DNA from: the human T2T-CHM13v2.0 reference genome, Homo sapiens
Assembly (NCBI RefSeq): GCF_009914755.1
Contig: NC_060936.1
Direction: 5' to 3' (one strand)
Length of the DNA stretch: 64,000 bases
The notes beneath the pieces were generated by a model. That model was not told the origin of the DNA. It made no database searches and saw only the letters and a program-made list of their open reading frames with translations. The position numbers and the translations under genes are program-made. Positions 50,545 through 64,000 of this stretch are shown here, piece by piece; within the stretch, counting starts at the first letter, position 1, and every line of letters begins with the position of its first letter.

Positions 50545-51306
50545 ATGTCAGTGATTTCTAAAGGCCACCAACCTTGCTGGCTCCTGGGAATGAGCAGGGT
50601 ATTATTTAATGTAAATAAATCAGCGAGTGTTTATCCTTCCATGCATTCTTCTGCCATCCACAGGCAAAGAGAGAAGTGGCACTGGTGACTTTTTTAGAGC
50701 TATGAAGTTGGAATATACAAGAGAAGCTGAAAGCTTTCAATTAATGATTTCTTAGGCTTTAAGTCAGGGTGACCCTTCAACATAAAAGGGCTTTAGCCAC
50801 CACTTGCTGGGGAGAAGCGCTGGGCTTTCTACACAGTTCTCTGGGACTCCAAATTGTTAGCATAAAAATAGCAGCCCAAATCAATGTTCTCTATTATTCA
50901 TTAGTTACCGAAATACTTTTCCCAAATATACGCATAGCTGAAAGATGCCTTCTTTCAAAATGTTTTAAACCACTTTCAGCCCATGAATCTTAGTCCATCT
51001 TTAAAGGGCACCCATTTTTTTTCAAACCATATATTTCAGTCGATTTCATTGGGCACTGATACCATCACCAGCAAAACCCTAATTAATTGGGAAGAATGAC
51101 ATTTCCATTAAAATTCTTTTTGAAAAATGATTTATGCACCTGGCTGATAAAAATTTCAAACAGGGCAAAACAATATGGAGTGGAAAGTAAACTTCCATCG
51201 ACCTCTGGAACCCAGTCTCCCAATCTTTTTCATAGAAACATCCAGTGTTAAATTTCTGGGGTATCCTCCTAGAAATACTCTGTGTATATATAAGTGCATA
51301 CACACA

Positions 51307-52914
51307 AAAGAGGTCTTTAAAAAGTTTATGGAAAATGCATATTATGAAAAAACTATGCATGGATTTTCATTTTTCTTGCACCAAAATAAACTCATACTAA
51401 CCTGTTATAACATGTCTGAACAGAATCTAGTTGAGGCAGTAAGAAGGATAAGACTTCAGTTTGAAAAGCGCCTCTGTCAGAGCAACATGAATTCTGCTAA
51501 AATTGAAGCAAGAACAAACTTCAAATCTAGGGTGAAGTTTGCATGGAAGAACAGTGAAATCATTGAAACTGTACAAAAAGTGTGTGGGGACACTGCCCCA
51601 AAGAAATCAACAGTTTACACATGGCTAATTCCTTTTAAGAAGAGATGAGACGATGTTTAAGATGAAGCCCACAGCAGCAGACCATTCGCATACATTTTGG
51701 AGGAAAAAGTTAGTATTGTTGGCTCATGCGTATAATCCCAACACTTTGGGAGGCCAAGGTGCGAGGATCACTTGAGCCCAGGAGTTTGAAACCAACCTGG
51801 GCAACATAGTGAGACCCCCATCTCTACAAAAAATTTAAAAATTAGCCGAGTGTGGTGGCACAGGCCCGTAGTCCCAGTTACTTGGGAGGCTGAGGTGGGA
51901 GGATCACCTGAGCCTCAGAGGTCAGCCTGCAGAGAACCACTATTGTGCTACTGCTCTCCAACCTGGGCAACAGAACAAGACCCTGTCTCAAAATAATAAT
52001 AATAATAATATTGTTTGTGCCCCAATTAAAGAGGACTGACAGTTAGGAACATAAACCTAATTATAAACATAATAAGCATAAGTCTAATTATAGCCAACAC
52101 CATAGACATCTCAATTGGTTCAGCTTACACAATTCTGAATGACAAATTAAAGTTGAACAAACTTTTCACTGGATAGGTAACAAAACCACTGCACTCAGAT
52201 CAGCTGCAGACAAGAGCAGAGCTTTCAATGGAATTTTTAAAGAAGTGGGATCGAGATCCTGAAGCATTTCATTTAAGGATTGTAATAGGAGATGAAACAC
52301 GGCATTACCAGTATGATCCTGAAGATGAAGCCCAATCAGAGCAATGGCTACCAGGAGGTGGAAAGGGTTCAGTCAAAGAAAAAGCAGACTGGTCAAGAGC
52401 AAAGGTCATGGTAACAATTTTTGAAGATTCTCAAAGCATTTTGCTGTTGACTTTCTGGAAGGCCAAAGAATGATAACATCTGCTTCTTATGAGGGTGTTT
52501 TGAGAAAGCCAAAACTTTAGCAGAAAAAATCCAAGGAAAGCTTCACCGGAGAGTCCTTCTCCACCGTGACAATACTCCTGTTCATTCGTCTCATCAAACG
52601 AGGACGATTTTGTGAGTTTCAGTGGGAAATCCTTAGACATCCAACGTACAATCCTGATTTGACTCCTTCTGACTTTTTGTTTTCTAATCTTAAGAAATAT
52701 TTAAAGAATACCCATTTTTCTTCAGTTAATAAGGTAAAAAAGATTACATTGATATGGTTAAATTCCCAGGACCCTCAGTTCTTTAGGGATGCACTAAATG
52801 GCCATCACTGCTTACAAAAGTGTCTTGAACTTGATGGAGCTTATGTTGAGAAATAATTTTATATTTTTATTTTTATCTTTTAATTTTTTCCATAAACTTT
52901 TTGAAGTCCCCTAA
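51307..52914 (+). mobile_element. Hsmar2 mariner, full length, with inactivated transposase (ATG 51487 to TAA 52856)
   Basis: TIRs GGTCTTTAAAAAGTTTATGGAAAA / TTTTCCATAAACTTTTTGAAGTCCCC; peptides MNSAKIEARTN, IVIGDET, DNTP, YNPDLTPSDF, LELDGAYVEK; stops at 51646, 51658 and 52174 plus frameshifts. Confidence 0.95.
51721..52004 (+). mobile_element. Alu (AluJ-like, 5'-clipped) inserted in the Hsmar2 transposase
   Basis: TSD TA(G/A)TATTGTT; (TAA)n tail. Confidence 0.92.
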
Positions 52915-52916
52915 TG

Positions 52917-53244
52917 CAGCAGTCACCAACGTTTTTGTCACCAGGGACCAGTTTCGTGGAACACCATTTTTCCACGGACCAGCATGGGTGGAGGGCAGTT
53001 TTGGGATGAAACTGTTCCACCTCAGATCATCAGGCATTAATTAGATTCTCATAAGGAGTGCACAACCTGGACCCCTCACATGGGCAGTTCCCAACAGGGT
53101 TCACACTCCCATAAGAATCTAATGCCCGCTAATCTGACAGGAGGCAGAGCTCATTCGCTTACCTATTACCTTCTGCTGTACGGCCTGGTTCTTAATAGGC
53201 CATGGACCAGTACCAGTCTGCTGCCTGGGGATTGGGGCCCCCTG
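52917..53244 (+). mobile_element. MER1B (hAT-Charlie MITE)
   Basis: CAG...CTG termini, TTTTTGTCACCAGGGACC motif, 8-bp TSD CCCTAATG (52909-16) / CCCTAGTG (53245-52). Confidence 0.88.
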
Positions 53245-53249
53245 CCCTA

Positions 53250-53318
53250 GTGTGTGTGTGTGTGTGTGTGTGTGCGCGTGTGTGTGTGTGTGTGTGTGTG
53301 TGTGTATTGTGTGTGTGT
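53250..53318. repeat. (TG)n microsatellite, interrupted
   Basis: Direct reading. Confidence 0.95.
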
Positions 53319-55570
53319 ATTCCCCTCCCCTTCCTTACATATACTCTAACATTCTTCAGTGAAACTTAACAGATATTGTGAAGTTTGCTGCAAATCTGTA
53401 CAGCTGCACTATATTTCATAATATGAGTGTCCCATAATTTACCCAGCCTCTTCTGAATAGACATAATGGTGGTTTTCAGTTTTTTACTTCCACAAACATA
53501 CTTTTGCACATATGTATGACTAGGACTACAGAATCAATTCCTTAAAGTGGAATTACAGAATCAGAGGATATGTGAGTTTTCATTCTGATAGACATTGCCA
53601 AATGGTGACACTTAACTTTTGATGAGAACTGCCAAAAGTAAAGTATTTGTTCGTGCCAGAAACAGAGTGAAGATAGCATTTTATTTTAAAGTTTAATACC
53701 TCAGGCAAGCAAGTAGCACATTTATTCATGAAACTCATTTGCCCCTGTCTTGCCCACCTAAAGCACATACACATTGTTATGAACCCATTCAAAATATACT
53801 TGTGACAACAGCTTACTCAATGAGGAACTTGCTAGAAATTTCGTATCACCAAATTGTGTGAGTATTTGTCGCAATGGGGTTAGCTTGCACGCTCTCTACT
53901 TTGCCCTGGCTGTGTTTACTACCTTTCATGGCCCTGGTCAGTTAGTAACACTGTCTTGTTTTTCTTTTGTAACCAAAGGTCAGTTTGTGACCCTGCTCCA
54001 CTCCCCACCTCCTCTGCCTTAGTTTCTTCTTGCCTTAGTTTCCTCATAAGAGTAACCAGTCTTAAAGTGTCAGGGCAGGCACATTACTGATGTATCAGTG
54101 AAGAGCCCCTGGGCACAATGGAACTTGAATTTGATTTTCTATTACCTGTGAGGGTGAGTTAGTAAGCAGACAGCCTTGTACTCTGTTCAGCGGCTTCCCT
54201 TGCTGCCTTTCTATAATGAAAAAAGCAGAGACCCAGAACATTCTCCCGTTTCTCTAGTGTTTACCCAACACACACTCTGTGCTACCATCCCCATTTGTGG
54301 CTTCTTTCCTATTTGCTCTTGTAACATGAGAAACAGTGTGGAGGTTTTATGCTTGTTTTGTAACCAGCTATAACCATTTCCTTTTCTCTGCCTCTGATTA
54401 TAAACACATTTCCTTCCTGGTAACCATTGAAAATCTATATCTGACCAGGTTGAAACCAAATGAAGTCATTTTGGTTCCATTGGTGACAACCAATTAAATA
54501 TAATTCTGTTTACATTTAGAATGGGTTGTAAATTTAAGAAAATGATTTAAGCCCTACTTAAAATATTTTTTGGCTCATAAAACCATGAAATCATTTCTGT
54601 AATATGAGTAATCAAGAAGCTTCATATTTACATTTACCTTTAAATTGCTCTAAAAGAGCCAGAGACTGGACATTAAAAACAAACAAACAAAAGATTCAGA
54701 GTCTGCAAGGAAGCTATTTCACTATCCCCATGCTGCGAGCTGGTTAAGCTCTTTAGCTCAGATAGCCCTATTTTCTCAGGGAGCAATGGAAAAAACAGAT
54801 CTCCTACTTAAAAATAACAGTAAAAACAAGAAACACACTGCACTATATTGGTAAACCTCAAACTCACGTAAGTCAGTTACCTGCCCCGATGGGAGTTTAG
54901 AAGTTGGTGCTACTACTCTTAGTACTGCCATAAGATGTCACCAGAAAACAGGACCCTGAGTTCTAGGAAAAGGGATAAGAATGGACAACAGGTGGGAGCC
55001 ACCAAACTATTCCAGGCCGGATGACAGAAACCTTAAAAGAAAAGTTCCAAATACAATTAACTGACCAAACCCCTCCACACAGTGGAGAGGCTTCATAATC
55101 AATAAAGACAACTTCCCACCTCTGAGCACTTACAACAAAGATGCAGATGTATCTTTGGCAGTGGACTTTTTTTTATTGAGTTCTATCTCCTTTTCTTCAC
55201 AAGCATGTATTAAGCAAGTTTTATGTGTTATACTTTCACTGGGTGTTGTGCAAAGACTAAAAAGTCATCAGCTCTGCCCCATAGTGGGTGGTTGTTAAAT
55301 GTTGTTAAATGAATGGATCTGTGAATATATGCATGTGTGAATGAATGAATAAATAAAGCTTATAATATGGTTATGGGAGAAAACACAGCTTTAATTTTCT
55401 GTTACTTGTCAGGGTGGTGTGTACAGAACACAGTGGTATGCGTGACCAGTTCTACCCAGGGTAGTGTGGCAAGATCTCAGACTTGAGGTGACAATTGAAT
55501 GGGCGTTGGTCAGATGAAAGGAGTTTAACGTAGACAAGTAAAAGACCACAGAATGAGCAAAAGCCTAAAG

Positions 55571-55795
55571 CAGAGATCAACAAACTACAGCCTGTGGACC
55601 AAATCCCATCTGCTGCCTGTTTTTGTAAATAAAGTTTTATTTGGGCAGAGCCATGCTCATGCATTTATATTTTTTCCATGGCTGCTTTCACACTACAATA
55701 GCAGCATTGAGTAGTTGCAACAGAGACCACATGACCCAGGAAACCAAAAATATTAACTATCTGGCCGTTTACAAGTAAATGTCTGCCGCCCTCTG
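55571..55795 (+). mobile_element. MER58A-like hAT MITE
   Basis: CAG...CTG termini, GTTTTTGTAAATAAAGTTTTATT core, 8-bp TSD GCCTAAAG / GCCTAGAG. Confidence 0.88.
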
Positions 55796-55957
55796 GCCTA
55801 GAGATATGAAAGAGCTGAATATTCAGGAACCTGTAGGGAAGTCGTAATAGCTGAAACTTGTAGTCCAAAAAGGGGCTCAGTGAGAGAAGAGACAAAACGG
55901 TGATCAGAGGCCAACCCTGAAGGTTCTTCTGTGCCATATTAAGAAATTCAGTTTTGC

Positions 55958-56207
55958 CATCGCATGTTCTCACTCATAGGTGGGAAATGAACAATGAGAA
56001 CACTTCGACACAGGAAGGGGGACATCACACACCGGGGCCTGTTCTGGGGTGGGGGAAGTGGGGAGGGATAGCATTAGGAGATATACCTAATGTAAATGAC
56101 GAGTTAATGGGTGCAGCACACCAACATGGCACATATATGCATATGTAACAAACCTGCATGTTGTGCACGTGTACCCTAGAACTTAAAGTATAATAATACA
56201 GAAAAAA
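55958..56207 (+). mobile_element. 5'-truncated L1PA (PA4/5-like) 3' end
   Basis: L1 3'UTR with G-rich tract; perfect 17-bp TSD AAGAAATTCAGTTTTGC at 55941-57 / 56208-24. Confidence 0.95.
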
Positions 56208-58004
56208 AAGAAATTCAGTTTTGCTCCTTTAGGAAATGGGTAACAAGAGCAATTTTGCTTTTAGAAATATCTCTCAGGGATCAGGATAGACGAGAGAGAT
56301 GCAAGTTTGCAGCAGGAGATCAGCTCTCCAAACTTCACATCTTATAAATTCCTTGATTCAACAAACATTGAAAAGCTTAATGCTGTCATTATGCCTCTTG
56401 CTCTATCCTTGGGAAACAGAACCTGGCACACAGACATGCCCAATCAATATTTATTGAATAAAGGAATTAAGGAAAGAAAAAAGACAATATTGTAATGGCA
56501 TCATTATTAAATGGTTTTCTGAATAGGCTGCCTCTGCTATGAGACAAATAGCTGAGATTCTCACAGATTTCCAGTTTCCATACTAGCAGGCATTGAGATC
56601 CAGGCAAAAGGAGGTTAATAGTGAAACACAAGCCAGAGAGAAATTCCTCCCCTTCATCTCTGGTGCCAACATCATCAAATACCAGTCACTGGCCAAACCT
56701 GTGTTTATTCCATGCCCTGTGGCCTAATGAGAGGGGATGGGACAAGAAGCAGCTCTGCTAATAACTGTCATGAAAATAATAATATCACTTGGCTGTATGC
56801 GGCAACTTTCATTGGAAGCTCTTGAATCAATTTTTTCCTCTTGCATAACTATTATTTCCATTTTATTTCCACTAAAGGAGAAGCCAAACCACAGAGTGGT
56901 TGTGACTTGCCCAAGGTCATGGAGCAAATCAGAAGAGCAGTTTTTAAAAGCTGAGAAGGATATCAGGGGATGTAAAATCCAGTTGCCTTCCCAGCCTAGA
57001 ATGGGCTGGGTTCATGACTCAGTAAGACACATGGCGTTACCTAAGCTCAGTGTCTCTGAAAATGAGTCACACTAAGGGAGACTCAGGGCCTGAGGGGCTG
57101 TGTCAGACATACGTTTTCAGTAGTCACTCATTGTCCCTGCCCATCAGATTTTAACGTCTGTCACCGAAGCCCATCACAGACAGGGCCTCTTGGGAGGTTT
57201 AGCCTATGGAACTGGGAAGGTCTGCCTTGGGGGTGTCTGTCTTTTCTGGATGTTTACCCAGCTGTCAGTTCCTATGAAGCCCAGGTCTCCCCATTCCATT
57301 ATCCATCAGGAGCCCATGGCTGGGGTAGCTGTGGCTTCCACTCGGTCCATGATGATTCTGGTGTTTGCCTGTTGTCCCAGCATAATTACTAATAAATCTT
57401 TTTTTTACTCTAAAAAAATGCCCCAGTTTGGACCATAAATTAATTATATGGTCACTCTAACTGACAAATCAGGAAGCACCTATGCAGAAACCAAAAGCCC
57501 TCTTTTCATCATGATGATTCTATCTCAGCCACTTTTGTTTCATGGACCTAGAATCTTGAACTTACAATAGGCCCAAACTCCCAGTCAGTTAAGGAATCTC
57601 CTCTGAGCTATGTAAATGCTCCTGGTCATAGAGTTAGCTACACAGCCCATAGACCAGTTAATTACTAATTGTGAATAATCACTTCCTTACCTTGTACCAA
57701 AATCTGCCTTCCATATCTTTTATACAATGATCTTAGCACTATTCTCAAGAAGCTGAAAAGTCAATTCTCCCTCCTGTCCCATAAGAGAGCCCCCTTAAGT
57801 CCTCCGTTGTACAGCCCAAACACCACCAACCATCAGGAACAAATTCTAAACAGCATTTAGGAATGTAGCTTTGGAGTCAGACATACCTGGATTCGGATCT
57901 GGGCTCCATCACTCCCTAGCTAGATAGCCTTTGGTAAATACTTAACTTCTCCAATTTCACTTTCTTTGTCTGTAAATTTTGAACAAACATTAACTACTTA
58001 AGCT

Positions 58005-58490
58005 AGGCATGACTGGTTATGGAACCAATAGCTAGTTCTCCTTTCTTTCTTACTAACAAGGGGCTCACTTAAATGCTCTTGGATTACCCAACTTCCTTGC
58101 AGCTAGATGTGGTCATGCAACACAGTTCTGGACAAGGAGCTGCAAGTGGAGGTACCAGCTGGAGTTTCTGAGAAAGCCTGTTAGAGGGCACACATCCAGC
58201 TTGCATTCACCTTGTCAGTTTGTGCTACTTAGCTTCTCCCTTCTTTCAAATACTTCCTGCCTAAAAATTAGTTGTGAAGCACAAAATAGAACAGCTATGC
58301 TGCATACATGAGGAAGCAAGCCTCCAGCAAAAGAGACTGGGTTCTTGATGGCACCATGGGGCCTGCATACTCACTCTGAAGTGCTTACAGCTGGACTTCC
58401 TATTACATGAGAAAAATAAATCCCTCCATTGGTTAAACCATTGAAATTGGGTTTCTGCCACTTGCAGTCAAATGAATCCTAAATGACACA
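58005..58490 (+). mobile_element. Old MaLR LTR (MLT1 family)
   Basis: CTTCCTTGCAGCTAGATGTGGTCATG and 3' TTACATGAGAAAAATAAA...CCTAAATGACACA motifs; ends approximate. Confidence 0.65.
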
Positions 58491-60560
58491 TACTTCAGAA
58501 GGTTGTTTTGAACATAAAATGAACTTACTACAGTGCCCAGCACAAAACATATAGTGAATGGTTTGCTATTATCACTATCATAATTATTATCATTGCTACT
58601 CATTGCCATAGACCTTAGAGAGAGGGGCAAGAACATGTAGCTATAGCAATCCTTCCAACCTCTGATAGCACCAGTACAAAAATATCTGTGATCTCTTAAG
58701 CACACACAAAAAAGTCAGTTGCTGATGTTTTGACAAGTGCATCTCTGTTAGTGGCTAATGAAGCCAGTTCTTCAAAGCACCAGATCCCGAGAGCACAAAG
58801 AAATGAAATTCCACCTGGCTGGCAGGTCAGGGAGCAAGTTCTTTCCTGTAGTGAAGGGTGCGCCTGGTTTCCTCTCTGGACAGGGGATCCATCCATATTG
58901 TATAGTGCATTTCCTGGAAGTGCTGTCTTCTCTGAACGACAAGCAAAGCACAACACCTTAAGGATGTCATTATTTCATGGAAAGAGAGTTTCTGCTCAGA
59001 AACCAAAGCCACACCTAAAACCAGCTGAGCATAGGAGCACATGTTCAAATGGAGCACTGGGAAGTGGAATTAGCTTTCTATAACCTCACTGAAGCATCTG
59101 CCAAGATCAGACAAGGATGGGACTAGCTATACATTCTTCCCTGGAGTCCATCAAGCCACAGATTTGGGTTCACGGGGGCCTATCATGGTATTCATCCCAC
59201 CTCCACCTACTCCCTACTGCACTCTGCAGATATAAAGAGTGGTGAAGTGGGAAAAAAAAAAAAAAAAACAACAAGACAAAACAAAACATCATAAATTTCA
59301 GAGTTCAACAGACCTAGGGTTCAAATTCCAGTGGGTCACTTCTAAACTGGGTACCTTTGGACAGACCATTTGCCCTTTCTGAGCTGCAGTTTTTGTATCT
59401 GTAAAACAGATAAGAGTTTCACAAGTTTGCAGAGGATTGAAGGAGAAAGTCTGTGTGGCAGTACCTGGTACAGGGTTATCATGAGTCCTTCTTTCCCTAT
59501 CAGCAGGATGGTCTTGGCTGACTTTTTGTATTCATCACCCAAGCCCAAGGAGTGGACCCAGCTCAGGTCACTGCCACCAAGGGCAGCTCGTTTGTTGCCT
59601 TCTACCCCGTGCATCATCATCCAAGTTTTTGGGCCACACTTGGGGAGCCAAAGCCTTCTCCAAAGCTGAGGTCATAAAGCAGAAAAAGACAAAGCTCTGC
59701 TTTCAGAGAGCAGGTTTGGTTGGCAGTGAGCAAACCACCTCTCTATAGCCAATCTGCCCTTGGGTATGGGAGTGAGTCCCCAGTAAATCCAGCAAAAAGT
59801 GGCTGGCCCGCTCAGCCCTCCCACCTACCACAGCCACGCGCAACACCTGGACAAAGATCTAAGGCCTGGGAAGCAGCTTTGCCCAGCCTCTCCATCTCCG
59901 GGCACAGCCCCCTTGGGGCACAGCCTCAGGCAGGATGGAATATGACAGTCACAAGATTCACACCTCAAGCCACAAAACATATTCTTCTCCCAACGTCACC
60001 TGGCAGGTGTCATCGTAGTTGGTTTTATAGCTACAGTGGCAAACACAGTGTTTTCTTCACCTCTGTGTCACAGGAATGGCCACTGTTACTCTCCTCACTT
60101 TTAACCACTGGAGTATCTAGGGACATTTGTCAACAGGGTTTGTGGATATTGAGACTGACCGGATATTCATACATACATTTCTCTGTAACTCCATAAGCTG
60201 GCAACATAAGACCATGCAGAAACCAGAAATTTGGGGTCCATACATAATGGCTCCACACAAAATGTGTTTTGTCACAGAGTATAAGAATAGATAAACTAGT
60301 AATAGCAAACAATGTGCTAACTGTACTGCAGGCTCTGTGCTGAGCATGTCACTTTCTACAATTATTATTATCTCCATTTTACAAAAAAAAAATCCCTTGA
60401 GTCTTCTTGGTGTGTTCTAGATATTAATTCTTTATAGGTTTAGATATTATAAATCTTTTCTCACTCTGTCACCTTTTTGTTAACTTTGCTTGTTGTATCT
60501 ACCCTTTACAGAATTTTTAATTTTTAAAATATAGTCAACTCTATCAAATTTTCAACTTAT

Positions 60561-60864
<304 letters not shown>

Positions 60865-61463
60865 TCAACTTATGGTTTGTGTAATGAGTACCTTCTTTAA
60901 CACCTCTGATATTTTAGCTTTGTAATTTTACTTTTGCACTGAATTCCTCTTTGGCATATGCTTGAGATAGTGAACGAATGAGCTGTTTCTCCACTACCAA
61001 GTAGTAGGTTTTAGGCAATCCATCCCTTCCCCACTGATTGATGGTGCCATGTTTATCCCAAAGCAGGTTCCTATGTAGACTCAGGTCTGGCTCTCACTCT
61101 TTGCTCTTTCCCTAGATGTATTTTACTATGTTCTTGTTCCATACTGATTTTATATGGAAGGGTGAGTTCCTTCTCTTTGCTCTTCTTTTTCAAAATGACT
61201 TAGGCATCATGAACATTTATTCCTTCATATGAATTTTAGAGTAAGTATGTTGAAGTCCTAAAAAAAAGACTTGTAATAATTTTGTCTGAAATTACATTGA
61301 ATGTATAGGTTAATTGTGAGGGAAATTAACATATTTATATTTCGAAGATGTGGTGTATATTTCTATGTATTCAGATCTCTTCAAAGCAACAACTGAGTTT
61401 TAAATTTTTCTTGGTAAGTTCTTTGATAGGTTATTTCCTACATACTTTAGAGTTTGGGAATCA

Positions 61464-61838
<375 letters not shown>

Positions 61839-64000
61839 AATTGTTTAAAAGTGATCAGGTATTCATCATCTCTGCTGAAGTCTCTTATTCTATTTAGTCT
61901 ATTGATTAAATATGCTGATACAACCTTTTATTTCTTTTTTCTCTCCTTTTCCTTTTTTCTTATCTTCCTGTCTTGCCCAGAAACTGGGTAAGCGTTATAT
62001 ATATATATAAGAAGCACAAAAATACGCTTACTTCAAAAAATATATAAATGTGCTTACTCAAAAAAATATATATATATGCTAACTCCAAAAGCTAATAACT
62101 TATCGAACTTCTACTTGAACTTTATTCCCAAAGAGATGAACATATTGAAATAACATGATTAACCCACAAAGCTGATAAAGTGTCCATTGACTTAAATGTT
62201 CCTCCTTAGTTATGTGCCAAGCATTGTGCCTCTGTGTAACAGCAGCACAGAAATGGCAATATACAAAACAATTAACAGTTAACTGTTGCTAAACAGTAAC
62301 AATGAAAGCAGGTTGTGTCTAAATTTTCTTTTAAATCCCATTGTGTGACCCTTTACAACTTTCAAATAACTTCCATACCCATTACACCATTTGTGTTTCA
62401 TAAACACATATTAGTAGGGAGAACAGGTATTGGCTCATTTTATAATTAACATTCAATATGGTTGGGTTTTGGAGGATCAAAAACTAGAAAGGATCAAAAT
62501 TCATATTCAGGTCTTTAAAGCTTCAAGTTCTCTCACTATAACAAGCTGATTTATATATAAACAAAATATATAAAACTACGTGATTCAATTCAGTAACACT
62601 GAATTTTCATTTAAATCTCATTCCATCCTGAAAAAGATGATCTGATATCATCCTATCATTTTTAAAGAAAACTGTATCAGCTGATATTAAACGTCTAAAC
62701 ATTTTCAAGGTGTAAGAGCCAGATGACCATATCAATTAGGGTTGTAATTCTACTAAGAATTTGGGTCTATACCATGGCAAAACAGTCAGTTAATTTGGTC
62801 AGTTTAGGTAAACAGGTCAGTTTTGTGGGAGGGAGGGAAATTGGGTAAGAAATATTCATCACATTAATTTTACTAACATTGCAATACAACTAAAAATGTT
62901 ATTTGGTTGGGCATATTTAAACATTTAAAAGCTGCTGTAAAGATAATATTGTTACCTCATTTTTATAAGAAGAAAAAACTAAGTAAATCCATTTCTTGGG
63001 TGTGCAAAAATAGCCCAAGGGGAAGTGACAGACCTGTGAACAGAACTCATGAATTAAACCTGAGCTTGGTCTACCAGTTCTCTGTAATCAAGCCCCATGA
63101 TTCACTCATGGAAATCAATGCCTCTTAAACTCACTGAATGACAGACACCTCAACAGACACACATCTGTGGATTCCCATAGCTCCTTTAAAAGTAACCATC
63201 AGGAAGCAATTAGGGAGTGCATCTGTCTCTAACAGTCAAGGTATTTTTCCTTCCATTTCTTGCATCTTCTCTTAGGGAATGTGTAACGGATCGTCCTCTC
63301 TTAATGGTGCTGTTACTTGGAATATACAAAGTATGCTGACTTGTGAAAGGGTCCCAGGCTTAAACAGCAGGAAAACACAAATAAAGCTGTATTCAAAGAA
63401 GATGAATCAAAGTATCTCAGAAGAGGAAACCAGAAAATTGTAATCTTTCTTAAATGCAGCTTTGTGAGCTGAGTAATAAAATACAATAATGTAACTAAGC
63501 AGGAGGCTTACATAACTGAAAAAATGAGGGGCAAGGAACTGTTCCAAATCCATTGTACTTATTAGAACCTCTGATTTCCTTTGAAATGGCACATGCAATA
63601 AAATTTACTGTGAGCTAGCTAACAAAAAAATCTCATTTTTATGGGAAATAAGTATTGTCAGAAAAACGAATAGATTCTATTTTAAATCCTGAAGATTATA
63701 AAATTGAGGTTTTAATAGATGAAGAAAAAAAAAGGCTCCAGAACAGAGGCATCATGGAGGCAGTGATTTCTATTTAATCTTTTATCTGTAAGAGAAAAAA
63801 AAATCACCTCAATTGAAACTAATATAGTTTTCTGTGGCAGAATATACCACGATAGCTAATAATGCACTGGCTGTCTGTATTAAGTGAATTTTCTTTTTGT
63901 TAAAAAAAATCAGTGCTTGTTAAGCACATGAACTGTGCAAGTTTATATCTGGCCAACTCCTGTCCCCGCACCTGTTCATTCAGGCATTAGCCCTAAGGAC

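Noticed and set aside
52228-52856. Transposase-like ORFs as an active mariner
   Set aside because: Fragmented by stops, frameshifts and an Alu; the WVP motif is replaced by a stop
56046-56068. G-quadruplex-like tract
   Set aside because: Standard part of the L1PA 3'UTR
59720-60196. 158-aa ORF
   Set aside because: TTG start, no recognisable homology or exon structure; compatible with chance

Overview
Primate (almost certainly human) non-coding genomic DNA, rich in repeats: about 30 Alus, several MaLR/ERV solo LTRs, L1 3' ends, many MIR/L2 remnants (not listed individually) and DNA-transposon fossils. I see no exon of a host protein-coding gene; almost all ORFs in the track are Alu/LTR-derived or chance. 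Gene-derived sequences: (1) a full-length RPL41 processed copy on the minus strand with an intact 25-aa ORF (2480-2403, too short for the ORF track); (2) a 5'-truncated, disabled NACA processed pseudogene (42784-43386, minus); (3) a full-length but dead Hsmar2 mariner (51307-~52914) carrying a nested Alu and a MER1B inserted at its right end; plus an 80-bp MADE1 (Hsmar1 MITE). The most unusual structure is a 72-bp copy of nearby DNA patched into an Alu with microhomology and fold-back junctions (44955-45033). Other notable items are a trimeric Alu, a near-consensus CTCF site, a triple AP-1 cluster, an adjacent STAT6-type/NF-kB site pair and a CpG-retaining unique block. I do not see convincing evidence for a wholly new biological system; the candidates are repair scars, retrocopies and putative regulatory elements. 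Repeat subfamily names come from recalled consensus sequences and need RepeatMasker/Dfam confirmation.
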